Source of the DNA: Alteromonadaceae bacterium
Lineage (GTDB): Bacteria; Pseudomonadota; Gammaproteobacteria; Enterobacterales; Alteromonadaceae
Length of the DNA: 64,000 bases
Assembly: GCA_965279005.1 (NCBI GenBank)
Contig: CBDIHK010000024.1
Location: 166,562 to 230,561, forward strand
Reading direction: 5' to 3'
The translations under genes were made by a program, and so were the position numbers. The first letter of the stretch is position 1; each line of letters starts with the position of its first letter. The notes below the pieces were generated by a model that was not told the DNA's origin, made no database searches, and was given only the letters and a program-made list of their open reading frames with translations. Positions 52,585 to 60,290 of this stretch are shown piece after piece.

Positions 52585-54936
52585 CTAGAATAGGCCGAGT
52601 TGGCTGGAGGCGATTTGTTCAAACTTTAATCCGACAAAGGGCAAAATCCCCTCTGCAATTGGTTTAATCTGTTTTTCAATGTAATGCTCATAGTCCAAAC
52701 GACTTTCCTGGTATTCCACCGGTTCCGGCCCGTTGATAGTAAGCACATACTTAATCCAACCCTTATTCTGGTACTGCAACTGCCTACCAAGTGCAGCATT
52801 GCGTTCGTCGGCAATGCGGGCCGCCTTTACGTGTGGTGGCACGTTTTTCACGTACTTGTCCAAAGGTTGCCGTAGGCGTTTCCGGTACACCAGCATATCA
52901 TCCAGTGTGCCGCTGCGGGTTTGTTCTATGGTTTCCAGGATGTAGTGGCTAACATCCTGGCCTGAAAAGACCCGCTGGTACAAAGCAGTTTGGAAGTTTT
53001 TGGCCAATGCGGTCCAGTCTGAACGGACTGACTCCAAGCCTTTGAACACCAGCTCATCGCCAGCTTCCGTGGTTTTTAAGCCGGCATAGCGCTTTTTACT
53101 GCCCTTGTCCGAACCGCGGATAGTGGGCATCAAAAACTGGCTGAAATAAGTTTCGAATTCCAGTTCCAAAAAGCATTCTAGCTGGAAATCTTCCGACAAC
53201 TTGTTTTGCCAGTTTTGGTTGATCATTTTGGCCAAGGATTGGCCTATTAGATTGGCTTGCCCTGCATCCACATCATCACCCAACCAAACAAAGGTCGAGT
53301 CGGTGTCGCCATAGATAACCTTGTAACCTTCTGCTTCAATCCAGGCGGCGCTAGTTTGCATTATCTCATGGCCGCGCATTGTGATTGAGCTGGCTAGCCT
53401 TGTATCGTAAAACCGGCAGCCACCGGAACCGAGCACACCGTAAAAGGAATTCATTAGGATTTTTATAGCTTGGGAGCGGGCGCTGTCTTTTGCTGTTTTG
53501 GCCTTGTCCCGTTCATTCCAAAGCTGGGTAATAATATCGGGTAGAAAGTGCTTGTCGCGATCAAAAAACGCCCCCTTAAAACCCGGTATAGCATCATCAT
53601 TTTGGCGCAACCCCTCAATCAGCCCCAATGGGTCAATCTTGAAGGTACGGATAATCGACGGATACAGGCTTTTGAAGTCCAGTACCAGTACATTGCGGTA
53701 TAGGCCAGGCAACGAATCCATCACATACCCGCCTGGGCTAGCTAAGCCTCCCCCTGCAGGTAAATTAGGTGCAACATAGCCTGCCCGGTGCAATTTAGGT
53801 AAATACAAGTTGGTAAAAGCTGCAACTGAACCGCCCGCCCGATCCAGATCCAAGCCGGTTAACTGGCTACGTAAAATTAAAAAATCGAGTAGTTGGGTTT
53901 TCTCGAATATCTTTAAAACCAGGATGCAGTCTTGGAGGTTGTATTCTGCCAGCTGTACCTTGTTGAACTGGAAATCGTGGTTGATATGTGCCATTCGGTT
54001 TTGCACGTCATCCACTTTCTTGCCTTCACCTAGCAACTGTTGTGATACAGATTCAAGGCTAAAGCTGTCAAACTGGTAGGTGGCTGATTTCAGGGCATCG
54101 ATTCCGTCCAGTACCACCCGGCCTGCCAAATCCAAGAAACCTTGCCCGCCGTTGCGGGACTCGCGCCAATTCGCTGCCGTTTCACCCCTGCCAATAATGA
54201 GCTGCATTTGATGCTGCTTTGCCCGGCGCAGCAATAGCCGAAAATCAAACGCAACCACACTCCAACCCACAATAATGTCGGGATCGTATTGGTTAAACTG
54301 GCTGACAAAGGTGTCCAGCAAGTGGGCTTCATCGCTAACCCAGGTTATCCAAGCAGGGGCGCCTGCTTGGCTGTCACCGATCATAATTACTGACCGGTAG
54401 CCGTCATCGGCGGCCAAACCAATGGAATAGAGTTCGCCTGTTTCACTGCATTCAATGTCCAGGGATAGCACCCGCAAATTGGGTAGGTATTCGCTGGGTT
54501 TTAGTTGGCAGTTATGCCAACGTCCTGACGCTTGTGGTTCACCTTTAAAACTGGCGCTGCCATAGGTAAACCGCTCCATCAAAAACCGGTCGGCGAGGCG
54601 GATATCATCCTCATAACAGGTGATATGATTGGATTTTAGGTGCTCCCTGGCAGTAAAAAAGGTTTTGCTATCGTTAAAATAGAGGGCAGTAACAGGCTCT
54701 TGCTGGTAAGTTTTTAGCGAGACCGTACGGCTTTGGAATGGCAATGTCTGGCTGTCGAGTGTCGCTTTTGCTTCTGGATACTGGGAACTGGCGACAAACA
54801 AAACAAACGGCTGGGGAGGCGTGGTCAAACAGGTACTGCCATCGGGTGTTGCTAACCAGAACTTCAAATAGGTGAGGCCATTCTGCTCATATTGTTGTTT
54901 GGTCAGGATAAAGCCTGTTCCCGTCGCTGGCACCAT
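52585..54936 (-). CDS. polB: DNA polymerase II (family B)
   Basis: 783 aa. Exo motif LSLDIECS, and polymerase motifs DFKSLYPSII and YGDTDS. Confidence 0.95.
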   Translation of the reverse strand: MVPATGTGFILTKQQYEQNGLTYLKFWLATPDGSTCLTTPPQPFVLFVASSQYPEAKATLDSQTLPFQSRTVSLKTYQQEPVTALYFNDSKTFFTAREHLKSNHITCYEDDIRLADRFLMERFTYGSASFKGEPQASGRWHNCQLKPSEYLPNLRVLSLDIECSETGELYSIGLAADDGYRSVIMIGDSQAGAPAWITWVSDEAHLLDTFVSQFNQYDPDIIVGWSVVAFDFRLLLRRAKQHQMQLIIGRGETAANWRESRNGGQGFLDLAGRVVLDGIDALKSATYQFDSFSLESVSQQLLGEGKKVDDVQNRMAHINHDFQFNKVQLAEYNLQDCILVLKIFEKTQLLDFLILRSQLTGLDLDRAGGSVAAFTNLYLPKLHRAGYVAPNLPAGGGLASPGGYVMDSLPGLYRNVLVLDFKSLYPSIIRTFKIDPLGLIEGLRQNDDAIPGFKGAFFDRDKHFLPDIITQLWNERDKAKTAKDSARSQAIKILMNSFYGVLGSGGCRFYDTRLASSITMRGHEIMQTSAAWIEAEGYKVIYGDTDSTFVWLGDDVDAGQANLIGQSLAKMINQNWQNKLSEDFQLECFLELEFETYFSQFLMPTIRGSDKGSKKRYAGLKTTEAGDELVFKGLESVRSDWTALAKNFQTALYQRVFSGQDVSHYILETIEQTRSGTLDDMLVYRKRLRQPLDKYVKNVPPHVKAARIADERNAALGRQLQYQNKGWIKYVLTINGPEPVEYQESRLDYEHYIEKQIKPIAEGILPFVGLKFEQIASSQLGLF

Positions 54937-55113
54937 TGCTCCGCTTTAATTACGCAAGGCTGGATTATGGCGTTGGCTAGCCTTAAGTACAATACACAGT
55001 GCCTGTCCGTGCAGACAAAGTGTGGCAGTAGTTGCGATTTCAATGCAGGGTCTATGCTTGGGAGGATGCTTTGACACATCCTGTACACCCCCCCAAGCCC
55101 CTTAGGTAACTTG

Positions 55114-56493
55114 TTAGCCGATAAAGCCAATCGGTGCCTGGCCACTGGCCGGGTCGTAGAACCGGGTAATGTTTGGCAAAATGTCTGGCAACACGCTTGG
55201 CGCCACGCCAAACCAAAGGGCTAGTTCACCAAAGTATTGGTCAAGCGAGGTAGTTGGCATCAACACCCCCCTACCGGTATCCAATGGATTGCCAAGCTGG
55301 AGGCTAGGGTAGGTGCCATAAGCGGAACCGCCCCGTACTGCCCCACCCATGATCATGGCGTTGCCGCCCCAGCCATGGTCTGAACCTCGGCCATTGGAAG
55401 ACAGGGTACGGGCGAAGTCTGAGGTAGTGAAGGTGGTCACTTGGTTGGCCATACCCATTTCATTAATGGCAGCTTGGAACGAACTTAAACCTGCATCTAA
55501 AACTGTGAGCAACTGGTTCAGGGACGCAGTGAGTTCATCGTGGTGATCCCATCCGCCCAAAGTGACAAAAAACGTTTGCCGCTGCATCCCCAGGGTTTGG
55601 TTGGCTGCGATGGTTTTGGCCACCATTTGCATTTGCGACGAGAATTCATCGTTACCAAATTGGGTCGTGAATGGAGATGTTCCCGCCACTGCTGCGGCAA
55701 ATTCAGAGTTGGCCGCAATAGAGTCGTTGAATAGTTTCTGGTATGTGCGCCGGAACAAGTTGTTATATTCCTGCCCATAGATTTGGTTAATGGCTGCGCT
55801 CCTGGTGCTATTGCCCAACTCATCTTCAATGCCACTAATGGTGGCCGTCGGGGCATCGGCGCTACCGACGCTATAATAATCAGTCAGCCTACCTGCTTGG
55901 AACTCATTCGCGCCTGAAGTCGAGATGCTCATGGAAATACGCTGGCTACTGTTTTGTGAGGCTAGGATATCCGCCATGCGGCCGCCCCAGCCGGTGGCGC
56001 TGCGCACATCTGGAATAGCCGTTTGCCATTGGCTGATTTGGTCTGAGTGGGACTGCAAGCCCAACGGCAATTTTGCGGTACCATTGGCCAATGCCTGGGT
56101 ACTGGTAGGTTCAACCAAAGTACCGACGTTGCTTAAAAAGGCCAGGTTGCCACTGTTGTAGAGGGATTGCAGCCCAGTCATAGCTGGATGCAGGCCCAAG
56201 GTGCGCCCGTTGTTCTGGCTATTATTGATCGCAAGCAATTGCGCTTTGGCCAAGGCCAAGTCGGTGCGGGTATTACGGTATTGCTGGTAATAAGTATCGT
56301 CGCTTGGCACCAGCATATTGAACGAGTCGGCACCACCTGCCAATAACACGCATACCAGGGCTTTGTAGTCATTGCTTTGGGCGCTGGCCTTGGCCATTGC
56401 CCCAAGCTGGGCTGCGCCAGCCAAAGTCATGGCTGAAAGGGCATGGCCCGAATGGCGTAAGAATGTCCGTCTTGAAAGTTTATGTTGTTTCAT
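55114..56493 (-). CDS. DUF1501-family protein (sulfatase/alkaline-phosphatase-like fold) with a Tat signal
   Basis: 459 aa. Twin-arginine motif SRRTFLR, plus LLAGGADSFN and GGWDHH, which are typical of DUF1501. Confidence 0.9.
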   Translation of the reverse strand: MKQHKLSRRTFLRHSGHALSAMTLAGAAQLGAMAKASAQSNDYKALVCVLLAGGADSFNMLVPSDDTYYQQYRNTRTDLALAKAQLLAINNSQNNGRTLGLHPAMTGLQSLYNSGNLAFLSNVGTLVEPTSTQALANGTAKLPLGLQSHSDQISQWQTAIPDVRSATGWGGRMADILASQNSSQRISMSISTSGANEFQAGRLTDYYSVGSADAPTATISGIEDELGNSTRSAAINQIYGQEYNNLFRRTYQKLFNDSIAANSEFAAAVAGTSPFTTQFGNDEFSSQMQMVAKTIAANQTLGMQRQTFFVTLGGWDHHDELTASLNQLLTVLDAGLSSFQAAINEMGMANQVTTFTTSDFARTLSSNGRGSDHGWGGNAMIMGGAVRGGSAYGTYPSLQLGNPLDTGRGVLMPTTSLDQYFGELALWFGVAPSVLPDILPNITRFYDPASGQAPIGFIG

Positions 56494-56555
56494 TTTGCTA
56501 AACCTTTATCTAATAGCCAACGGCAGATGCTTGTCTGCCGCTGGCCTTAATCAAC

Positions 56556-59195
56556 TTAAATTGCCACTGCGTAATCAGGGGAAATGGCAAGGAGATAAAC
56601 CGCGGCCGCGACGCGCTCCTGGTGGTCTTCAATGGCTTCGATTACCGTTTTGATGGCTTCCCGCGTGCCGCTGGTTAGGGTGCCGTAGGTCATAACCGTA
56701 TCTAGCCGGTCAAGCAGGGCATCGGCGTCGGCTGCTAAGGCAACTTCTTCTGAAAAATCCAATTTTTCTGCGGGCAGTGCCCCTGAATTATCTAATACCT
56801 GTCCAGTTTCCAACGAGTAGTAAATAACATTCTTGATATCCATAATGGTGGAGGCATTGGTGATTTGGAACTCAGGCGCTACCAAGCCAGCGTCTTTCAG
56901 TTCACCATTGGGTGCATAACTCGGTAAAAAGAAATTAAACACGCTAGGTGCTGACAACACGTATTGCCTGATGGTGGCTGCCATTTCATAGCCATCATCG
57001 CTATAGGTGTTGTCGCTGGATGTGGCGTTGAAGGTCCGCATTAAATGGGCAACCCGCAAGAAGGGTTCCCGCAACCGGCCATCTGAGGATGAGGCCAGGT
57101 TAGGGGCTTGGCGCGCTTCTGGATCCATCAGGATGGCTCGGACAACCGCTTTCATGTCGCCCCGGGCTGAACCTGTTTCGCCATTGAAGGCGGCAGTTAC
57201 ACGTGCAATATAGGCTGGGCTGGGGTTTGACTTGACCAACCGCTGGATCAGCTGTTTGCCGATAAATGGGCCAACGTTAGGGTGGTTGAACAGGTTGTCG
57301 ATGGCGGCATTGATATCTTGCATACCGGTTTGTCCCGCTGGCACAACTTGTCCGCGCAACAAGGTCTTGCTACTGGTGTCGTGGTGTTGCTCATACATTT
57401 TCATGGGCAGCAAGAAAATGTTGGTATCAGAGTCAGATTCCAATTCATCAACATCCCGCTGGCCAAAAGCGTTGGGATCATCGCTGTTCCAGCTTAAGCC
57501 GGTGAATACCTTGGCGAATTCACGTATTTCATCTTGGCCATAGGTTGGGATAGGGTCGCCAGAAGCATCCAATTTGCGCGAACCATCAGGATTCAATTCG
57601 TACAGCCCTATGCTAAACAGCTGCATGACTTCTCGGGCGTAGTTTTCGTCTGGGAAGGTGCCTTTGCTAGGGTCTGCTTTTGCGTTGTGGATATGGCTTA
57701 GGTAAATCCCCATGGTGTGGCTAAGGGTTACGTCTTTCAACAAATCCCTAAAATTGCCCAAGCTATTTTTTATCAAAAGGTCGTAGTAACCCGCCATAGC
57801 AAAGTTATTAATGCCAATTTCCTCAACATTGCTTGAGACAACGAATATTTCACTCAACGCCATGGCAACCCGCTGCCTAACCACATCTGGCGACGTCATC
57901 ACCGTAGTCCACCATCCATCTACCCAAAAGCGTTCAGGATCACCTAGGCGTTCAAATATTACTTCAAATTCTTCGTCGCTCAGGTCTTCATTGGCCAAAT
58001 AGAATTTCTCGACTTCAGCCATTAGGAACTCGGCAAAGGGCAAGGTATAACTCGGCGGCAACTCAAATTGTTGCTCCAACCACATATCAGGACCGGTGGC
58101 AGCAACTTGGGTAATAGTGGCGTAGTTGGCGCCTAGCGTTGCTTGTGACAAGAAGCGCGAGGCGTCATTGGCGGCGTCTTTGTCAACCGTCATTACAGTC
58201 CTGTCAGCCGCTGGATTTGGATTTACAAAACCTGAAGGCTGCTCAACTGTGTTTTCTTCGCAGTCTTCTTCCTGGCCTTCTTCACACTCATCAGAGAAGT
58301 CTTCGCAGTCTTCTTCCTGGCCTTCTTCGCACTCATCCATGAAGTCTTCACAGTCTTCTTCCTGGCCTTCTTCACACTCATCAGAAAAGTCTTCGCAGTC
58401 CTCTTCCTGGCCGTCTTCGCACTCATCTGTGAAGTCTTCGCAGTCTTCTTCCTGGCCGTCTTCGCACTCATCAGAAAAGTCTTCGCAGTCTTCTTCCTGG
58501 CCTTCTTCACATTCATCAGAGAAGTCTTCGCAGTCTTCTTCCTGGCCTTCTTCACACTCATCAGAGAAGTCTTCGCAGTCTTCTTCCTGGCCTTCTTCGC
58601 ACTCATCTGTGAAGTCTTCGCAGTCTTCTTCCTGGCCTTCTTCACACTCTTCAGAGAAGTCTTCGCAGTCTTCTTCGTTACCTTCTTCGCACTCTTCAGT
58701 GAAATCTTCGCAGTCTTCTTCTTGGCCTTCTTCGCACTCTTCAGTGAAATCTTCGCAGTCTTCTTCGTTACCTTCTTCACACTCATCAGAGAAGTCTTCA
58801 CAGTCTTCTTCTTGGCCGTCTTCGCACTCCTCTGTGAAGTCTTCGCAGTCTTCTTCGTCACATTCCTCGGGTGGGCCGATTATCTCTATACACCACTCTG
58901 GGTCTTCGATGCAGATCCGCAAAAGTTCACGACAGAGCTCGCGGTCTTCGCAGATTTCTTGGATGAATTCACAGGCTTCGTCGCCATCGCAATCTATGTC
59001 CTGGCCAACGATTTGTCGCCTTAGTTGCTGGCTTGCAGATAATGCTGAAAAAGCGGGTTGGTTGATAAGTTTTGCTGTGTTCTCTTTGGCAAAAATGTCA
59101 AATGTGGTAAATGCCAATGTGAGGTAAAGCAGCGAAAACAACATGCTGTGCCAGGCAAACCTTCGGGTTTTGCCGGAAGAAGTATTGTATTTCAT
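56556..59195 (-). CDS. DUF1800-family protein with an N-terminal Cys-rich hyper-acidic tandem-repeat extension
   Basis: 879 aa. A Sec signal peptide, then 13 copies of CEDF(T/S)(D/E)ECE(E/D)G(Q/N)EED, then a DUF1800 body (PDENYAREVMQLFSIGL). Confidence 0.88.
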   Translation of the reverse strand: MKYNTSSGKTRRFAWHSMLFSLLYLTLAFTTFDIFAKENTAKLINQPAFSALSASQQLRRQIVGQDIDCDGDEACEFIQEICEDRELCRELLRICIEDPEWCIEIIGPPEECDEEDCEDFTEECEDGQEEDCEDFSDECEEGNEEDCEDFTEECEEGQEEDCEDFTEECEEGNEEDCEDFSEECEEGQEEDCEDFTDECEEGQEEDCEDFSDECEEGQEEDCEDFSDECEEGQEEDCEDFSDECEDGQEEDCEDFTDECEDGQEEDCEDFSDECEEGQEEDCEDFMDECEEGQEEDCEDFSDECEEGQEEDCEENTVEQPSGFVNPNPAADRTVMTVDKDAANDASRFLSQATLGANYATITQVAATGPDMWLEQQFELPPSYTLPFAEFLMAEVEKFYLANEDLSDEEFEVIFERLGDPERFWVDGWWTTVMTSPDVVRQRVAMALSEIFVVSSNVEEIGINNFAMAGYYDLLIKNSLGNFRDLLKDVTLSHTMGIYLSHIHNAKADPSKGTFPDENYAREVMQLFSIGLYELNPDGSRKLDASGDPIPTYGQDEIREFAKVFTGLSWNSDDPNAFGQRDVDELESDSDTNIFLLPMKMYEQHHDTSSKTLLRGQVVPAGQTGMQDINAAIDNLFNHPNVGPFIGKQLIQRLVKSNPSPAYIARVTAAFNGETGSARGDMKAVVRAILMDPEARQAPNLASSSDGRLREPFLRVAHLMRTFNATSSDNTYSDDGYEMAATIRQYVLSAPSVFNFFLPSYAPNGELKDAGLVAPEFQITNASTIMDIKNVIYYSLETGQVLDNSGALPAEKLDFSEEVALAADADALLDRLDTVMTYGTLTSGTREAIKTVIEAIEDHQERVAAAVYLLAISPDYAVAI
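58263..58847 (-). repeat. 13 tandem 45-bp in-frame repeats inside the DUF1800 gene
   Basis: The period-45 unit gcagtcttcttcctggccttcttc(a/g)cactcatc(a/t)g(a/t)gaagtcttc is visible directly in the sequence. Coordinates were derived from the translation. Confidence 0.9.
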
Positions 59196-59275
59196 TGTGC
59201 ACCTTTGGGTTGAGGGTGGCTGCCGTATCCTTACTGCTTAACCACTGCCTAAAAAAGATTGTCCGTTTAAGGAGG

Positions 59276-59305
59276 AAACGATTGGTTCTTGCGAACTATT
59301 CCACA
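59276..59305 (-). promoter_or_regulatory. ECF-type promoter candidate upstream of the DUF1800-DUF1501 genes
   Basis: The minus strand reads GTGGAATAGTTCGCAAGAACCAATCGTTT. This is 20/29 identical, with the same spacing, to the motif upstream of the S8 protease gene. Confidence 0.45.
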
Positions 59306-59381
59306 ATCTAAAAAATTGCTGCTGAGCAAAGCGTGTTTTTTTCTGCTAGTCTGCAAGCAAAGCCACTAGTTTGTTTTGAGC

Positions 59382-60290
59382 ATGAAATTAAAGTGTTTGC
59401 TGTTTTCTGTGTTAGTTGTCCTGGCCAACCACAACGCCTATAGCAAAGAAGTGCATAGTTTTAACGGCGCCATCGAACTCGCCACAGAAAATGATTCCAC
59501 GGTTGTGGTGGATGAAATTGACAATGTTGCGCGGGACAGCAGTAGTAGCTGGAAATACAAACTCAATGCCCGCTACCGCTACCGCCCTTATGAGCACACC
59601 AAGGCGTCCTTGAGTTTTACCTTCTCTGATAAAAACTACAAGCAAGACGATAGTTTCAACAGTGAATTACGCATGTTTTCAGCTAGTATCAGCAGGGAGT
59701 TTGAGCATTTCACTTTAGGGCTAAGGGCACAGGATATCGATTCTAAACTGGGCGGCCAGGATTTTTTAACGATAGAACAAGTATCTCCTTACCTCACTTT
59801 CTTTTTGAGTAAAAAGTGGTTTGTTAACTTGAGTTACCGCCATGCTGATAAGGAAATTGTCAGTAATTCGTCCCGTTCCGGCGACAGTGATTTGTTTAAT
59901 GCCGACTTGTACTTTTTCCAACAAGGGGTACGCCAGTTCTGGATAGCCTCAGTGCGTCACAAGTCTGAACAAGCCCAAGACCCCATTTTTAGCTATGATC
60001 TGCAACAATTTAGGTTAGTGTATTCCCAGCGCTTTGATTGGTGGCAATGGCAGCATAAGCTGCGGTTATCGTGGCGTTTCCAGGAGCGGGACTACGATTC
60101 AGCTATCAATCCTGATTTAAATGACTTTCGCCGCGACATAAGGCGCCAGTGGCGTTTCGAATGGGAAGCTGAGTTCCATGAAGATTGGTTTTTGATTTTG
60201 GAGTTAAAACGCAATGACAATAATTCCAATTTTACGACATCAGATTACAACCAAAATGTGACCGGCTTAGCGCTTAAGTACGAGTTTTAG
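59382..60290 (+). CDS. outer-membrane beta-barrel protein, unknown family
   Basis: Signal peptide MKLKCLLFSVLVVLANHNAYS, alternating amphipathic strands, and a C-terminal ...LALKYEF (terminal Phe). The track ORF starts at TTG 59376. Confidence 0.7.
   Translation: MKLKCLLFSVLVVLANHNAYSKEVHSFNGAIELATENDSTVVVDEIDNVARDSSSSWKYKLNARYRYRPYEHTKASLSFTFSDKNYKQDDSFNSELRMFSASISREFEHFTLGLRAQDIDSKLGGQDFLTIEQVSPYLTFFLSKKWFVNLSYRHADKEIVSNSSRSGDSDLFNADLYFFQQGVRQFWIASVRHKSEQAQDPIFSYDLQQFRLVYSQRFDWWQWQHKLRLSWRFQERDYDSAINPDLNDFRRDIRRQWRFEWEAEFHEDWFLILELKRNDNNSNFTTSDYNQNVTGLALKYEF

Noticed and set aside
54937-55113. A LexA SOS box upstream of polB, as found in E. coli.
   Set aside because: I could find no CTGT-N8-ACAG match on either strand. 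The nearest candidate (taagtacaatacacag) has only one half-site. This absence is noted as a negative observation only.
58126-59127. A 333-aa Ser-rich ORF on the + strand and a 212-aa Lys-rich ORF on the - strand (58223..58861), both over the DUF1800 repeat region.
   Set aside because: These are alternative frames of the 45-bp repeats. They have no start-site support, and the DUF1800 frame is continuous with a conserved domain.
59236-59268. An ECF-type promoter for the outer-membrane barrel gene on the + strand (TTAAC ... CCGTTTA).
   Set aside because: The spacing is 21 nt rather than 17, and the -35 does not match the shared TGGAATA block.
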